From: Naegleria gruberi
Taxonomy: Eukaryota
DNA: 64,000 bases
Strand: one strand, 5' to 3'
Assembly: GCA_000004985.1 (NCBI GenBank)
Contig: GG738869.1
A program made the translations under genes and the position numbers. The notes beneath the pieces are model-generated. The model was not told where the DNA came from and made no database searches. It saw nothing but the letters and a program-made list of their open reading frames with translations. Shown piece by piece: positions 46,989-58,399 of the stretch (the stretch's first letter is position 1; each line of letters begins with the position of its first letter).

Positions 46989-47357
46989 TTAATTATTATT
47001 ATTATTATATTTTTCCAATCTTTTTAATAATTCGGGAATTGCTTCCTGTTGCCAAAATTCATATGAAATAAATCCACCCGACATTCCACCTCTTGGAATA
47101 TCCTTTACCAATAAATTATCATTCGATTTGAGAATATCTTTTCCATCACATCTTTCCATTGAAATTTTAGAAACTTGTTCAAGAAATTGTTCCGAATTGA
47201 GTGGTTGTTTAATGTGAGAAAAGTGCTCTTGCAGAATTTCCCAGAAATAGGGATCTCCTCTTAGACCCCAATTATAACCAACATGAGAATCGAATAAATT
47301 GGCCATTGTTTGTGGTGTTGATGAAGAGGATGTTCCCGATGAATTATTGTTGCCCAT
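46989..47357 (-). CDS. Hypothetical small protein (122 aa) with N-terminal MGNNNSS (myristoylation-like) and C-terminal poly-Asn
   Basis: Clean ORF in a 1.8-kb ORF-poor interval. No recognised domain. Confidence 0.35.
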   Translation of the reverse strand: MGNNNSSGTSSSSTPQTMANLFDSHVGYNWGLRGDPYFWEILQEHFSHIKQPLNSEQFLEQVSKISMERCDGKDILKSNDNLLVKDIPRGGMSGGFISYEFWQQEAIPELLKRLEKYNNNNN

Positions 47358-47661
47358 TTTTTTTTGTAAACTATTAGTAATTTAATAATTAGATTTCGCG
47401 CTCTTTTTTTTCGTTTTATTTAAAAATTAATAAAAAAAAATAAGAGAATACGAAATGAGTCACGATCTTCGTTATGATATGCATTATATGCAGGTAGGTA
47501 AAACATGATGTTAAATTTTGATGATTTTATACAATTGTTGTTGATTTTGATTCCGAATAATAAAAAAGCACAAAACAGGATGTGTAAGTTTTAGTTAGAA
47601 ATTTATTAAATCAAGAATTATTGTGGATAATGTTGTAATTATCATCATAAATTAGGGAGAA

Positions 47662-49185
47662 TTGGATGAATATCAATACTTTACCATGATGGGAGTTGAT
47701 CCATCAATGATTCCGAGAACTCCAAAGAAAAAGAAGTTGGAATTGGATGCAAGAACTTGTTTGTTCTGTGCTTTGGAATCGGATGATATTCAAGTTTGCA
47801 AGGAATTCTTCCTCAATTATCATAAACACATTGGAAATGAAGATGTTATTCTCACTCCAATTTCATCATTGACTGAAATGATGTCTTCAATTGATGATTT
47901 GCAAAAGTTTGTGGATTTGGAATGCATTAACATGTTGTTAATGTTTTTGAAGAGTCCTGTGCGATACATTCCATTCTACACTAGTAGAATGATAGATTTA
48001 TTGACTAGGGATAGATGTGGATTAATCTTAATGAAACTGAAGGAAACTGAGGAAGAACAACAAAAGATTGGTTCTGAAAATCTTGTCAGTGTAAAAATGT
48101 TAATTGAAAACCTTACACAACTCATTCATGAAATGACTTGTGTTGAAAAGAGGGAGGCTCTCTTGTCAATTTCCAATATTTGTAAATTTATTGTTCAGGA
48201 GGACACATTGGATGAAGATTTGTATGTGGAAAATGTTTATCAAGTGGCTCAACGTGCTAAAAACTTGCTGTTGGAGGCCAAATTCTTCAAGTCACTGGTT
48301 CATTGCTTGAAAGTTCTAAACATTTCTCAATTGAAGGGAGAGGCCAATATTGCTGAACCAGCCCTTAAAAAAGTTCCAAAAACCTTGTATGCCAAATATA
48401 ATGACGATTGTCTAGATCCTCTCAAATTTGGCAGAGGTGTTCATCAAGAGAAGGTTCTTTCCAGAGGAGCCTACAATGTATTCGGAGATGAAACCTATTT
48501 GAGATATGCCATGACTGACTTCCAAAGAAGTTTAGCCAAGGCAATTTACAGATTTTCTCTGGTCAAATTTGATAAGGAAAAGGCAGTCAATGCGTTCAAA
48601 CCTTTCGTGAAGGACTTTGTGGAATATTTAACAAAATTATTAACACAAACTAAGGACTATCCAACAATGTGTTATCTTATGGGAGCTTTGGAATCATTCA
48701 ATGAGAAGGGATATCTTCAAAGTGGACCAGTTGATGATATCAAGAACAGTTTGCCATACCTTCTCTTTGAAAATCTCAAGAAACAATCAACAAATATTTT
48801 AAATGTTGAAGCCATGAAAAAGATGGACACAACCTATGGCTGGGCCTACTCCTATCCAATGTTACCAGAGAGGGGTTGGAATCCAAACTCATTGTGGATA
48901 AAGGAAAAGGGCACTCTCGAAAAGGAATATCATGAAACTCATCTGAGATTGGAAACTGTATCCACTGCTGTGAGAGCCATGCTTTTGAAATCAGGCATCT
49001 CTGAGGAGAGCTTGAATGAATTGGAAAAATCAGCTCAATCACAATCAACACAAACAATTTGTGCTGTCTGTAAGAAGGCAGCCTCCAAGAAATGTGCCAA
49101 CTGTAAAGCTGTCTATTATTGTTCTGCAGATTGTCAAAAGAAACATTGGAGTGTACATAAGAAGCTCTGTAAGCCAACCAAATAA
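47662..49185 (+). CDS. MYND-type zinc finger protein (507 aa)
   Basis: C-terminal CAVCKKAASKKCANCKAVYYCSADCQKKHWSVHKKLC matches zf-MYND (C-x2-C...C-x2-C...C-x3-C...H-x3-C). Confidence 0.75.
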   Translation: MDEYQYFTMMGVDPSMIPRTPKKKKLELDARTCLFCALESDDIQVCKEFFLNYHKHIGNEDVILTPISSLTEMMSSIDDLQKFVDLECINMLLMFLKSPVRYIPFYTSRMIDLLTRDRCGLILMKLKETEEEQQKIGSENLVSVKMLIENLTQLIHEMTCVEKREALLSISNICKFIVQEDTLDEDLYVENVYQVAQRAKNLLLEAKFFKSLVHCLKVLNISQLKGEANIAEPALKKVPKTLYAKYNDDCLDPLKFGRGVHQEKVLSRGAYNVFGDETYLRYAMTDFQRSLAKAIYRFSLVKFDKEKAVNAFKPFVKDFVEYLTKLLTQTKDYPTMCYLMGALESFNEKGYLQSGPVDDIKNSLPYLLFENLKKQSTNILNVEAMKKMDTTYGWAYSYPMLPERGWNPNSLWIKEKGTLEKEYHETHLRLETVSTAVRAMLLKSGISEESLNELEKSAQSQSTQTICAVCKKAASKKCANCKAVYYCSADCQKKHWSVHKKLCKPTK

Positions 49186-49267
49186 AAGATTGAAAGATGA
49201 AAAACAATAGAATACATTTGTACAATTTACATTTAAAACACTCGCTTTACTAATCCACAAAAATAAA

Positions 49268-49780
49268 CTAATTCAATAATTCTTGAATTGAAATTGAAGT
49301 TCTGATAATCTTCCTTTGAAGTGATGAAGTTTCAGCTCTTTGAGGATGGTGAGTTTTCGTCTTGCTTGTCTTTTCAATTTTAGGAATTGTTGGAATGAGA
49401 GGCATTGAAATATCTTTCTGTTTTGCGTGCATTGTGTAATTGAATGGAAAATTCAGTGAGATTGGTCGTTCTATATCTTTACCTCTATTTACATTAGAAA
49501 CTTGTTCATTTTGTGGAATTCTATTCGAAAGATTACAGTCACCACCAGAATAAGGAGCATTCACCATTTGACTCATTGCACCTTTCGAATTACTTGTCAG
49601 TGGTGATCCTTGACCATTCGATGAAGGCACCTGCTGAATCAATTTATCTGTCGATACAACTCTCATCTCACCTCTCTTTGGTACTCTTGTCTTTCTTCCT
49701 CTCTTACTCGGCAAGTGTTCCTCCTTAATGGCCGACTTGTTTGGTTGATAAAACTCAACAATGCTAAACTTATGAATCAT
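49268..49780 (-). CDS. Hypothetical basic protein (170 aa)
   Basis: ORF only. It has a Lys/Arg-rich N-terminal part (SKRGRKTRVPKRGE). No recognised domain. Confidence 0.3.
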   Translation of the reverse strand: MIHKFSIVEFYQPNKSAIKEEHLPSKRGRKTRVPKRGEMRVVSTDKLIQQVPSSNGQGSPLTSNSKGAMSQMVNAPYSGGDCNLSNRIPQNEQVSNVNRGKDIERPISLNFPFNYTMHAKQKDISMPLIPTIPKIEKTSKTKTHHPQRAETSSLQRKIIRTSISIQELLN

Positions 49781-50545
49781 TTTCCAAGTGTGTGCACAAA
49801 AAATCTCAAACTCTCTAGCAAACCGCTTTTCGTGTTGTTTGTTTTTTTAAGTGTTTCGAGCTGTATGTTGAGGTTTTCGCGCTCAAATGGAAAGAAATAC
49901 AACCATTCATGACTCAATAAGGACAAATTGACAATTATTTACACCATTTATGGAAAATTCGAATAGTGATCTCGAGTATGAAATTGTAAAGTGATGGCTC
50001 ATGAAATGTTCAAAATAGGTACTTTAGGGCTGATTAGTATTAAATTTACAATGTCTGAAATGAAAATATACAAAATTGGACAATTGAATGACTGGAAATG
50101 ATAACAATGTCTCTCGCATCTATTGTAGTTTCATCTGTTAATCGAATCGAATAATTTAGGATGGAAACAATTATTCCTTTTGTGGATATTATAATATTTT
50201 TGGTAGTGTCGATTGATTTTATTGAAAATATATTGCATTAGTAATTATTAATTTGGATTAGTACGGAAATAAAGGGTTTTTTGAATTTCCAATCAAATAA
50301 AAGTGAACTATCCATTAAACTATATTAGGCCAATCATGCGATGAAATTCATATATTCCAAACAGTAACCTTTACAATATTAAATTCATGATCGAGAGCAT
50401 TTTATCTTGCACAAATATTTGTGTGAAAACAAAAGTATTTTATTAAAATAAAAAGAAATTGATTATTAAATAAATTGATAATCAAAAAAAATGTCAATTA
50501 TTTACCAAGATGCCATTACCATCATTATTCCCTTCCTAGAAATTA

Positions 50546-51583
50546 ATGAATGCATCATTTTCAAGAGTAAACAAAACTTGGCTCCGAGCCATTCAAAGTC
50601 TCCAAAATTATTGGAAAGATTTATGCCATAATTTGTTAAAATTCGATCCGCGATGGCTTAAATCAACTGTTCATAATGATGATAACAAATCCAATGTTTG
50701 TTGGTTGCAAGTTTTTTCCTTCTTAATTTCTCAAATTCCAAAGAAAATTTGCTATGGAACGAGAGATAAGAGTAATCAACAAATGGAAGAATTGAAAGTT
50801 GAAAAATTGGATGCTTCTTGTTATGGAAATATTGATTTGTTGGTAAGATGGGAATCACCTTTTGATGATTCAAGATTTGTAGAGTATCCAGATGTCGTTG
50901 ATTTTGATTTGCAGGAATCAGTTTCGTTTTACAAGTTTGGATTTGATTTGAGAAGAGAAATTATTGATAGGTATAAAATGGAAGAATCTCTTATTCAAAT
51001 CAAATTACAGAAATTGTTCGCATGTTGTTTGATGTATGAATTTTTATCAATTGGAAACTATGTCCCTAACTTGTTTCAGGACAAGATTCGAATAATTCCG
51101 TCTATACAAATTGCTCTTATCAGAAATAAGTCATTCACATGTCCATTTCCATACCTAATTCTTGGATTATTGAACGATGGAATCAGAGATTATTCCCTCT
51201 CTCAAGAATTAACCAAGCATGTTGTTAATTCAATTGAAAATGAGGAATTATTCGGAAGTTTCTTAGATAATACGTCTGGAGAAAAGATTAAGGAAGCAAT
51301 TAATTGTGGAGAAAGAGCAGTTCAGTTTGAAATAACTCCAAATACGCTTAATCCTATTGACTATTGGTTATCATTGAAAACATTCGATGAAATGGTTTCA
51401 AATGTAGAGTGGAATGATAACTTTGAAATGAATTGTGGTATTGCAGGAGATGGAGAAATATTCGCATTATATTACAATGCAGGAGGTGGAATTACGGATA
51501 GTACTACAATTAATGTGAGCATTGATGGGAATGATGGATCATTGGTGAAAGTTGTCAGAAATGAAGCAAGAAAATATTGGTGA
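50546..51583 (+). CDS. Hypothetical protein (345 aa)
   Basis: Long clean ORF. No motif recognised. Confidence 0.45.
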   Translation: MNASFSRVNKTWLRAIQSLQNYWKDLCHNLLKFDPRWLKSTVHNDDNKSNVCWLQVFSFLISQIPKKICYGTRDKSNQQMEELKVEKLDASCYGNIDLLVRWESPFDDSRFVEYPDVVDFDLQESVSFYKFGFDLRREIIDRYKMEESLIQIKLQKLFACCLMYEFLSIGNYVPNLFQDKIRIIPSIQIALIRNKSFTCPFPYLILGLLNDGIRDYSLSQELTKHVVNSIENEELFGSFLDNTSGEKIKEAINCGERAVQFEITPNTLNPIDYWLSLKTFDEMVSNVEWNDNFEMNCGIAGDGEIFALYYNAGGGITDSTTINVSIDGNDGSLVKVVRNEARKYW

Positions 51584-51600
51584 AATTGGCAATCAAATAT

Positions 51601-52425
51601 TCACCAATCTATGGTTGGAATAAAGTTATCGATCTTATCATAATATACTTTAGCTTCTTCCTCTGAAACATCTCTCATAAATCTGGATGGTTTGGAGATT
51701 GATTTCATGGCTGCTTTGAGTCTCGTTTGTGGATGCAGCAGCACCATAAAATCTTCCAGTATCTGAAACTCTGTATCATTAATTTTAATGGAATCTCCCA
51801 AATATCCTTTCAGATATTTCATAACTTCAACCTTTTGAATTCCAAACTCAATTTTCAAAATGGACAAATTTAAAAACCAAATAACACAGGTTTTAAAATT
51901 GAAATTCGTTCCATCAAATAATAATGGCACTCCATCATCTCTGAAAAGAATCATTTCTTTCGAGGAACTTTGCAAATTAAGGACCAGATCACTCCTCAAT
52001 AAATTCGTCAATTTCAATTTGGAGAGCAAGTCTTTCAGTAAATTTAACTGTCTCTCATTCAACACATTAAATAACAATTCGAGAGGATTATTCTTCATCT
52101 TGATTTTATGCATTCCAATAGCTTTCAATATTCTAAAGTGAAAATCATTAACATTTGTGCCATCTAGAGTCAAATCAAATGGTTTACCCAATTCTTGATA
52201 GACACTTTTCATCACTTTCTCTCCATCATTATCAATATTCGAAACATGTTCATCCACTGCAACAACAATCGAATTAAAATACAACACGGAAAATGATTTA
52301 CTCTCAATAAGATTTTTCCATAGTGTGGTAACATATCTTCCCTTGATGAATACAAATTGCGGAGGAAGGAAGAGAAGAATTTCACGAATGAGAGGTTCGT
52401 GATGAAACCATTGATTTTGAGACAT
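51601..52425 (-). CDS. Hypothetical protein (274 aa) with F-box-like N-terminus
   Basis: HHEPLIREILLFLPPQFVF resembles an F-box (LPxEIL..IF). The rest is unassigned. Confidence 0.45.
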   Translation of the reverse strand: MSQNQWFHHEPLIREILLFLPPQFVFIKGRYVTTLWKNLIESKSFSVLYFNSIVVAVDEHVSNIDNDGEKVMKSVYQELGKPFDLTLDGTNVNDFHFRILKAIGMHKIKMKNNPLELLFNVLNERQLNLLKDLLSKLKLTNLLRSDLVLNLQSSSKEMILFRDDGVPLLFDGTNFNFKTCVIWFLNLSILKIEFGIQKVEVMKYLKGYLGDSIKINDTEFQILEDFMVLLHPQTRLKAAMKSISKPSRFMRDVSEEEAKVYYDKIDNFIPTIDW

Positions 52426-52578
52426 TTTTTTGGGAAAATTATTAGAAAATTATTTGGAAACTTTTGGAGATGGGTAATTATGTCAAATTGGCATTAAACT
52501 CCTTTCGCCTTATAATATTATGTGTGTTTAATAATATTTAATTTGATTTAAAAATATTTAAAAAAAAATAAGCAAACT

Positions 52579-53757
52579 TTGATTTCAAATTGTGTACACA
52601 AAATGTTCCACCATTCGGATGCAATGATTGATGGTGAGGATGTTAATATAACTCCTATTGAGAAGGTATTATTTTCTTGTCATGGCGAATTTATGAAAAC
52701 TTCTTCCTCTGCAAGGCAATTGGATTCTTCATCATCAAATATAAATAATTTTCTAATTTATTATGAAATGGATTTAAATAATATTAAACAAAAATTGGAA
52801 GGAAGCGAATGTGATGAATTTAAAGTGGAAAAATTGCTTTTTAATTTGACAAATCGAGTGAGGATGATGGTGAAGGATTGGGACAAGCCTTCGGAACATT
52901 ACAGAGTACCTTTTTATCATTATATTGTTGGGAATCCATATCAGTTGCCTAATTTAATGTTTTTTAGAAAGTTGGTGATGGAATCGAATGAGTTTATTGA
53001 GGATTTAATTCTGGAGAATCTGTCATTGTCAGTTTTTAGGCAAATGTTTGAAGTTGCTTGTAAATTTACCAAGGAATATTACAATTTTACGAGTAGGAAG
53101 AGTTTTACCTTGTTTATGAGTCCTACTCCAATTGTAAATTTTATTAGAAATTTGTTGAAATCATTTGGATATGATTCAATATTGAATGGTTATTGTAAAG
53201 CTGGAAATTCAAGTCAATTACTCGCTTTGAAATGTGAAAGTGTAAATTTATGTGGAATAATCTCAAATGATCTATCAGAACAAACTGAAGAAGAGTGGAA
53301 GAATTGCATTCTTATTCCACAAATAATGCAGAGAAGAAACAAGCATGGTCACTTTGAAGATTCACTTTCGTTTATCATTCATGGACAATCAATTTCATTC
53401 TTCTTTACCAATTATTCACTCTCGAGTTCTATTTATCATTTCAGGACAAATTTCATCAAGACAATGAACATGAACAATTTGGATGATATAATTGATCTAA
53501 TTGGTTTATTATGGTCCTATCTGATGACTGTTCTGATGCGAAAGAAGGTTCCAATTCTATTGGGATGTGATGTAAATACATTACTCCCACTTCGATACAC
53601 TATTCTACTCTATCACATGGACAGTAAACTAAAAAAGAAGGAAGAAGAAGAGCCATCCATACTCAATAGGAATGATCAAAGAATTAAAAAGAAATCCCAG
53701 AAATCTGACATTGCAGACAAGGTCAGGAAGAGTTTAAAAAAGGCAAATATGTTCTAG
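52579..53757 (+). CDS. Hypothetical protein (392 aa)
   Basis: Long clean ORF. No motif recognised. Confidence 0.45.
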   Translation: MISNCVHKMFHHSDAMIDGEDVNITPIEKVLFSCHGEFMKTSSSARQLDSSSSNINNFLIYYEMDLNNIKQKLEGSECDEFKVEKLLFNLTNRVRMMVKDWDKPSEHYRVPFYHYIVGNPYQLPNLMFFRKLVMESNEFIEDLILENLSLSVFRQMFEVACKFTKEYYNFTSRKSFTLFMSPTPIVNFIRNLLKSFGYDSILNGYCKAGNSSQLLALKCESVNLCGIISNDLSEQTEEEWKNCILIPQIMQRRNKHGHFEDSLSFIIHGQSISFFFTNYSLSSSIYHFRTNFIKTMNMNNLDDIIDLIGLLWSYLMTVLMRKKVPILLGCDVNTLLPLRYTILLYHMDSKLKKKEEEEPSILNRNDQRIKKKSQKSDIADKVRKSLKKANMF

Positions 53758-53769
53758 TAGAATACACCA

Positions 53770-54168
53770 TCAAGAGTTGGGATTTATCTTGGAGTTTGCC
53801 AATTGACTAACCATCGATTGGAATAATACATGTTCAGGTAAACTCTGAAAATCTGTAAATCTAGAAATCAACATTCCAAACAAGACATTCACTTGGTCTG
53901 AAGAAGTTGCACAAAACTCATTCCAATCATTCAACAGACGTTTTTCAGCTTCAGGAGAAAGAACATGTGCTTCACTAATCTTTCGCTTTTTGTTATCTTG
54001 ATAACTAGTAGTAGTAATTGTATCGTTATCATTATTGACATACTCTCGTTTTCCTACCGAATTAATTCTGTCATCATCATAACAATCTAACGAAGAAGAA
54101 GAACACATATCAGTGCGCTGCATAATATTTTCTTCAGAGAATTGTTGTTGGTTTGGTTGTTGAATCAT
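53770..54168 (-). CDS. Hypothetical small protein (132 aa)
   Basis: ORF only. Confidence 0.25.
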   Translation of the reverse strand: MIQQPNQQQFSEENIMQRTDMCSSSSLDCYDDDRINSVGKREYVNNDNDTITTTSYQDNKKRKISEAHVLSPEAEKRLLNDWNEFCATSSDQVNVLFGMLISRFTDFQSLPEHVLFQSMVSQLANSKINPNS

Positions 54169-54640
54169 GTTGTTGGTTGTTAGTTGTGATTTTTTTTTCG
54201 TTCTGAATGCCTGAAGTTTAGGAGATGGACCATTTGGCTGTCACAAATACGGTTTTAGAAAAGCTTATTTCTAAATTGGTATTATAGAAAATACAATTAT
54301 ATCTCCTCGGTTTATCTAAATATTGACCTGTGTGTCGAATTGAGGAGGTTTATGAACCTACGCAGCTGAGCAAGTTATTTATTTTTGCAATTAGGAAACA
54401 CAAACAAACATTCAAGAAACTCTTTGAGTTGCATTGCAATTATTGTAGTAGTTATTACACTATTAACTGAATAAAATTGGTTTCCATCTGGTACGATTAT
54501 TAATATAATAGATCAAAATCATCATTAAGCAATATGACATCGGAACATGATTATAATAATCTCACTTATTAAATCACCACAATGAGATAATTAATTTTAA
54601 TTTCATTAGATAGAAGACGAGGATGAAAAGATTCTACTTT

Positions 54641-54835
54641 GAAGATATATATCCAGATCTATATGTTACTGACTCTTCTGGTAAGACCTTTTACATTGAT
54701 GTCGATGCTAACACCTCTGATGCCTAACTTTTCTCTCAAGAATGCTGGAAAGGTCAATATTAACCTTAACATGTTGAAGGCTGGTGATGAAGTTGATATC
54801 TTTACAGTTATTCCATTACATTTATTGTGGATACG
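54641..54835 (+). pseudogene. Internally deleted partial copy of the downstream PPC-domain gene (three collinear segments)
   Basis: atccagatctatatgttactg matches 55863-55883. tctggtaagaccttttacattg...tctgatgc matches 56898-56945 at about 85% identity. gaatgctggaaaggtcaatattaaccttaacatgttgaaggctggtgatgaag is 100% identical over 53 nt to 57062-57114, with divergent flanks. The junction between pieces 2 and 3 falls at a TACTTTTC direct repeat. Confidence 0.75.
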
Positions 54836-55289
54836 CACAAACATACATTTAAGAAACTTTTCGAGTTATATTGATAATCATTTAATATTCTAAAAAATTA
54901 AGAAATGGAAAGAAGAGGATGAACAGAAGATAGTTGGCCGTTACTTTGAAGAAAATTTAATCCTTTGATTTGCACATGGCTCATGTATCAACTAGGATTT
55001 AAAAGACCAAGAAATCAATTTGATTGCATAGTTACGCAGCCGCGACTCTAAGGTTTTGTTAAGAAACTATTTTTAAGAGTATTGAATTTTCCAGACTTCC
55101 TTAGTTTTCCTCAAGTTAAATACTTGGCCGAGACACATGCCGTGTGATTGATACAATTGTCTTAAATAGACAAAACCTACATCATTTCTATATTCTATCC
55201 TACCGTAATCTACCGCCCCTCAATGTAGATTCAATGGAATGAAAATTGTGTCAAAAGACTCACCAGTACCAAAAAATTAGCCTTAAAAA

Positions 55290-58200
55290 ATGAAAGAACT
55301 GCTATTAGCTACTATTGCCATATGCTTATTTTGCTGCTCTCTTGTTTTTGCTCAGAATACCGTCATTAAGTATGATGTTTCTGGTAAGAACGTTTCAAAG
55401 ACCCTGATAAGGGGAGAAATTCAATATTTTCTCGTTGATGTTTCATCGTGGGGTTGGAAAGAAGGAGATTTTGTTACCCTTAGTTTGAATTCACTCTCGG
55501 GTGATTGTGATATGTGGATTAGCAGTGTTGACTATCCAAAAACTGCTTGTGCCAATTGCCTTGGTCCAAATGGCTTTGGTGATGTTCGAATTATATACTA
55601 CAATTCCACTGAGAATGCACAGGGTGTTTTCTATGTTGGAATCATTGCTCAAGAAAGGAGTGCTGAATTTACTTTTGTTGCTTGGAAGTCTAATGGTAAG
55701 TTTTGATTGTTCAATTCCGAATGACATTAATTAGAAATTATCAATATTAACAAGAATGAAATTATCTTTGCTCAATCCCCAACTGGAAAGAAGAATACCT
55801 TTTTATTCAACATTCCAAGCGAAGCCAATTTGATTACAATCAATGTTGATGGTATCTATGGCGATCCAGATCTATATGTTACTGGTTCTAATGGTGATTC
55901 ATGGGCTTCTGAGAATTACGGATTTGAGACTTTGAAGATTAAGGCTGTCCCAGGACTGACTCAATTGAAAATTACTATTGTTGCCGTCTCTGATACTGTC
56001 TATAGTGTAGTTATCAAAGTCAATGACCAATCTGTGCGTTTACCAGAAGGTATCTTCTCACCAATACTGTCAATGCGAATGAAATGGATACCTTCATGTT
56101 CAGAAGTCTTGAAGCTGTTCAAAATATATTTGTTGAAATTAAACACCCCAGTAATGAAGAGGGAGAAACCAAGTTATACGTTCGTAAAGGAGCTATACCA
56201 ACTAGCAGTGAATTTGATTATGTCATTTCAGGTGAGGGTACATACACTGTAGCGGATGCCACTGTTGGTGATTACTATTTTGGTGTTGTTGGTTTGATGA
56301 ATAATACCAACTATAAGATTTGGGCATTTGGTGAAAACCAAAATCAAGTTGTTCTTTTCACCAGTCAACCAGTGCAAAAGGCATTCACTGCTACCACAAA
56401 GTCTTACACTTTCAAGTATGCCAATAACGATCAAGCCAAGACCATTGTTGCTACTGCGAAGCTTGTTTCTGGATCCTCAATTAATGTTTATGGAGCTCAA
56501 TTCTCTAGACCTAGTTCCACAAAGTACCATTCTAAGGCTGTTGCAATCACTGGTGCCGATGGTGTCTTAAAGTTTGTTGCTCCATCTCCACGTCCAAACA
56601 TTTACTTTACTGTTGCTGCTGATTCTGGTGAATTCTCAATTGAAGTCACCACTTCTCAACCAATCATGGCCCTCAGTGATGGTGAAGAAGTTTATTTGAA
56701 TTGGGTTCCAAAGGGATCATACAGATATTTCTCCTTTGTTGCTGATAAGTATCCAGAAAAGGCCATCTCCATCACTGCCCACCCATTTAGTGGCGACGTT
56801 GGTGTCCAAGTTTCAACCATTCTTCAATATCCATCTGTTAATAGTAACCAATGGTTTGCTAAACACACTGTTTACATACCAGCTCAAGATTCTAAGGCTT
56901 CTGGTAAGACCTTTTACATTGGTGTCCATGCTTTCACTTCTGATGCATACTTTTCCATATGCGCTTCTCAAGTCAGAGCCATAATGCCTCTCTCTGAAGG
57001 AACATCAACCTCAAGTTCTGTTATTGAAAGAGAGTATGCTTACTTTTCTCTCAATATCAAGAATGCTGGAAAGGTCAATATTAACCTTAACATGTTGAAG
57101 GCTGGTGATGAAGCTGATATCTTCTACAGTTATTCCGTCAAGACACCAAACAGATATGATTATGAAGGGAGATCTATTAATAATGGTAAGAATGTTTTGA
57201 CCATTGAAGATGCCAACCCAGGAGAAATTTACATTTCTGTTTTTGGTATTGTTTCAACTACTGATAGTACCACTAAAGCTATTCCATTTACTCTCTCAAT
57301 TGCCACTGATTATTTGAACTTGTTCCCAAATGGAGATACTGCTCTCGTCAATTCTGCAAAGGGTACTATTACTCATTTCAGAACTAACATTACCAGCGCA
57401 TTGAGGATTATCACTGCTTCTGCAACCCTCATTTCTGGTAAAACTGCAATGTACATCTCCACAAATGGAGAAAAGGCTAGTTTTACCAATTTTGTTTGGT
57501 CTGACCAAAATACGAATGGTAATAGCATTGTTATCAAGCAAACTGACCTTGCCTTTAGACGTGGAGTTTGTTTTATTGCAATTCTTGCTATTGAAAACTC
57601 TGTCTATCGCATGTCATTGGCTAGTAATATTGGTGCCACAGTTTTGGAAAACATTCCAACACTTGGTAGAACTGCACCTGACGGAAATATGGAGTCTTTG
57701 ATTTATAGTTTCTCATTCAATGACTCTTCTAAGGATGTCTATCTTCACATTAAGGAATTGGAAGGAAAAGTTGATGTTTTTGTTAATCAAAACAATTATA
57801 CATCAGAAAGAAATTACACTTGGAAGTCTCTTTCTAATGGTGAAATTGCTAGAGGGATCACTCTCAAGAAGGAAAGTCTTGTTGTTGAAAAGGCTGTCTA
57901 TGTTTCTGTAATCGGTAAGGATCAAGGAAAGAGCTCTCTGTTCTCTATTGAATTCAGATATATGGCACCTCCAGTCAGTAATATTACATTCAAAGTTCAA
58001 ATAATTTCTCCAAATAATCCAAATCTTCAAAAGATTAATCCTAATGAAGATTTAATTTTAACAAGTGTTATTGAACCATTACCAAATGAAATGTTCTCCT
58101 ACAAATGGGTAATTCCAATGAATGACATTGAAATAACAAAGAGTTATATTGTCATTCCTAAACATTTACTAACAAGTGGAATTTCATTTTATATAACTTT

Positions 58201-58399
58201 AGAAATTACAACAACAAACCAAGAAAAAAGTACAACCTTTATTAACGTTAAAGTGAATGAATCTCCAAAATTGGGAGAGTTTGCAGTTTCTCCAAAAACT
58301 GGTTATGTTTTAGAAACTCAATTTAACTTGACAGCAAATAACTGGTATGAAAATGAACCTGTGACTTATCGATTGTGTATCGATATGTTGGAGATTTAA
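55290..58399 (+). CDS. Secreted protein with multiple PPC (pre-peptidase C-terminal, bacterial-type) domains; at least 3 exons
   Basis: Exon 1 is 55290-55695 (signal peptide MKELLLATIAICLFCCSLVFAQ, then a PPC-like domain with GDCDMWIS). Intron is 55696-55734 (39 nt, GTAAGT..TTAG). Exon 2 is 55735-56068 (TINVDGIYGDPDLYVTGSNGDSW..., classic G-D-x-D-L-Y-V). A candidate 35-nt intron sits at 56069-56103 (weak GTCAAT..CAG). Exon 3 is 56104-58399 with further PPC-like units (GETKLYVRKGAIPTSSEFDYVISGEGTYTV, NAGKVNINLNMLKAGDEADIFYSY, KELEGKVDVFVNQNNYT). Confidence 0.6.

Noticed and set aside
56084-56252. Treating ORF 55830-56252 and ORF 56084-58399 as overlapping separate genes
   Set aside because: The 3' part of the first ORF (SMRMKWIPSCSEVLKLF...) is out-of-frame junk. 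A 35-nt intron (56069-56103) joins the PPC-domain frames, so this is one gene.
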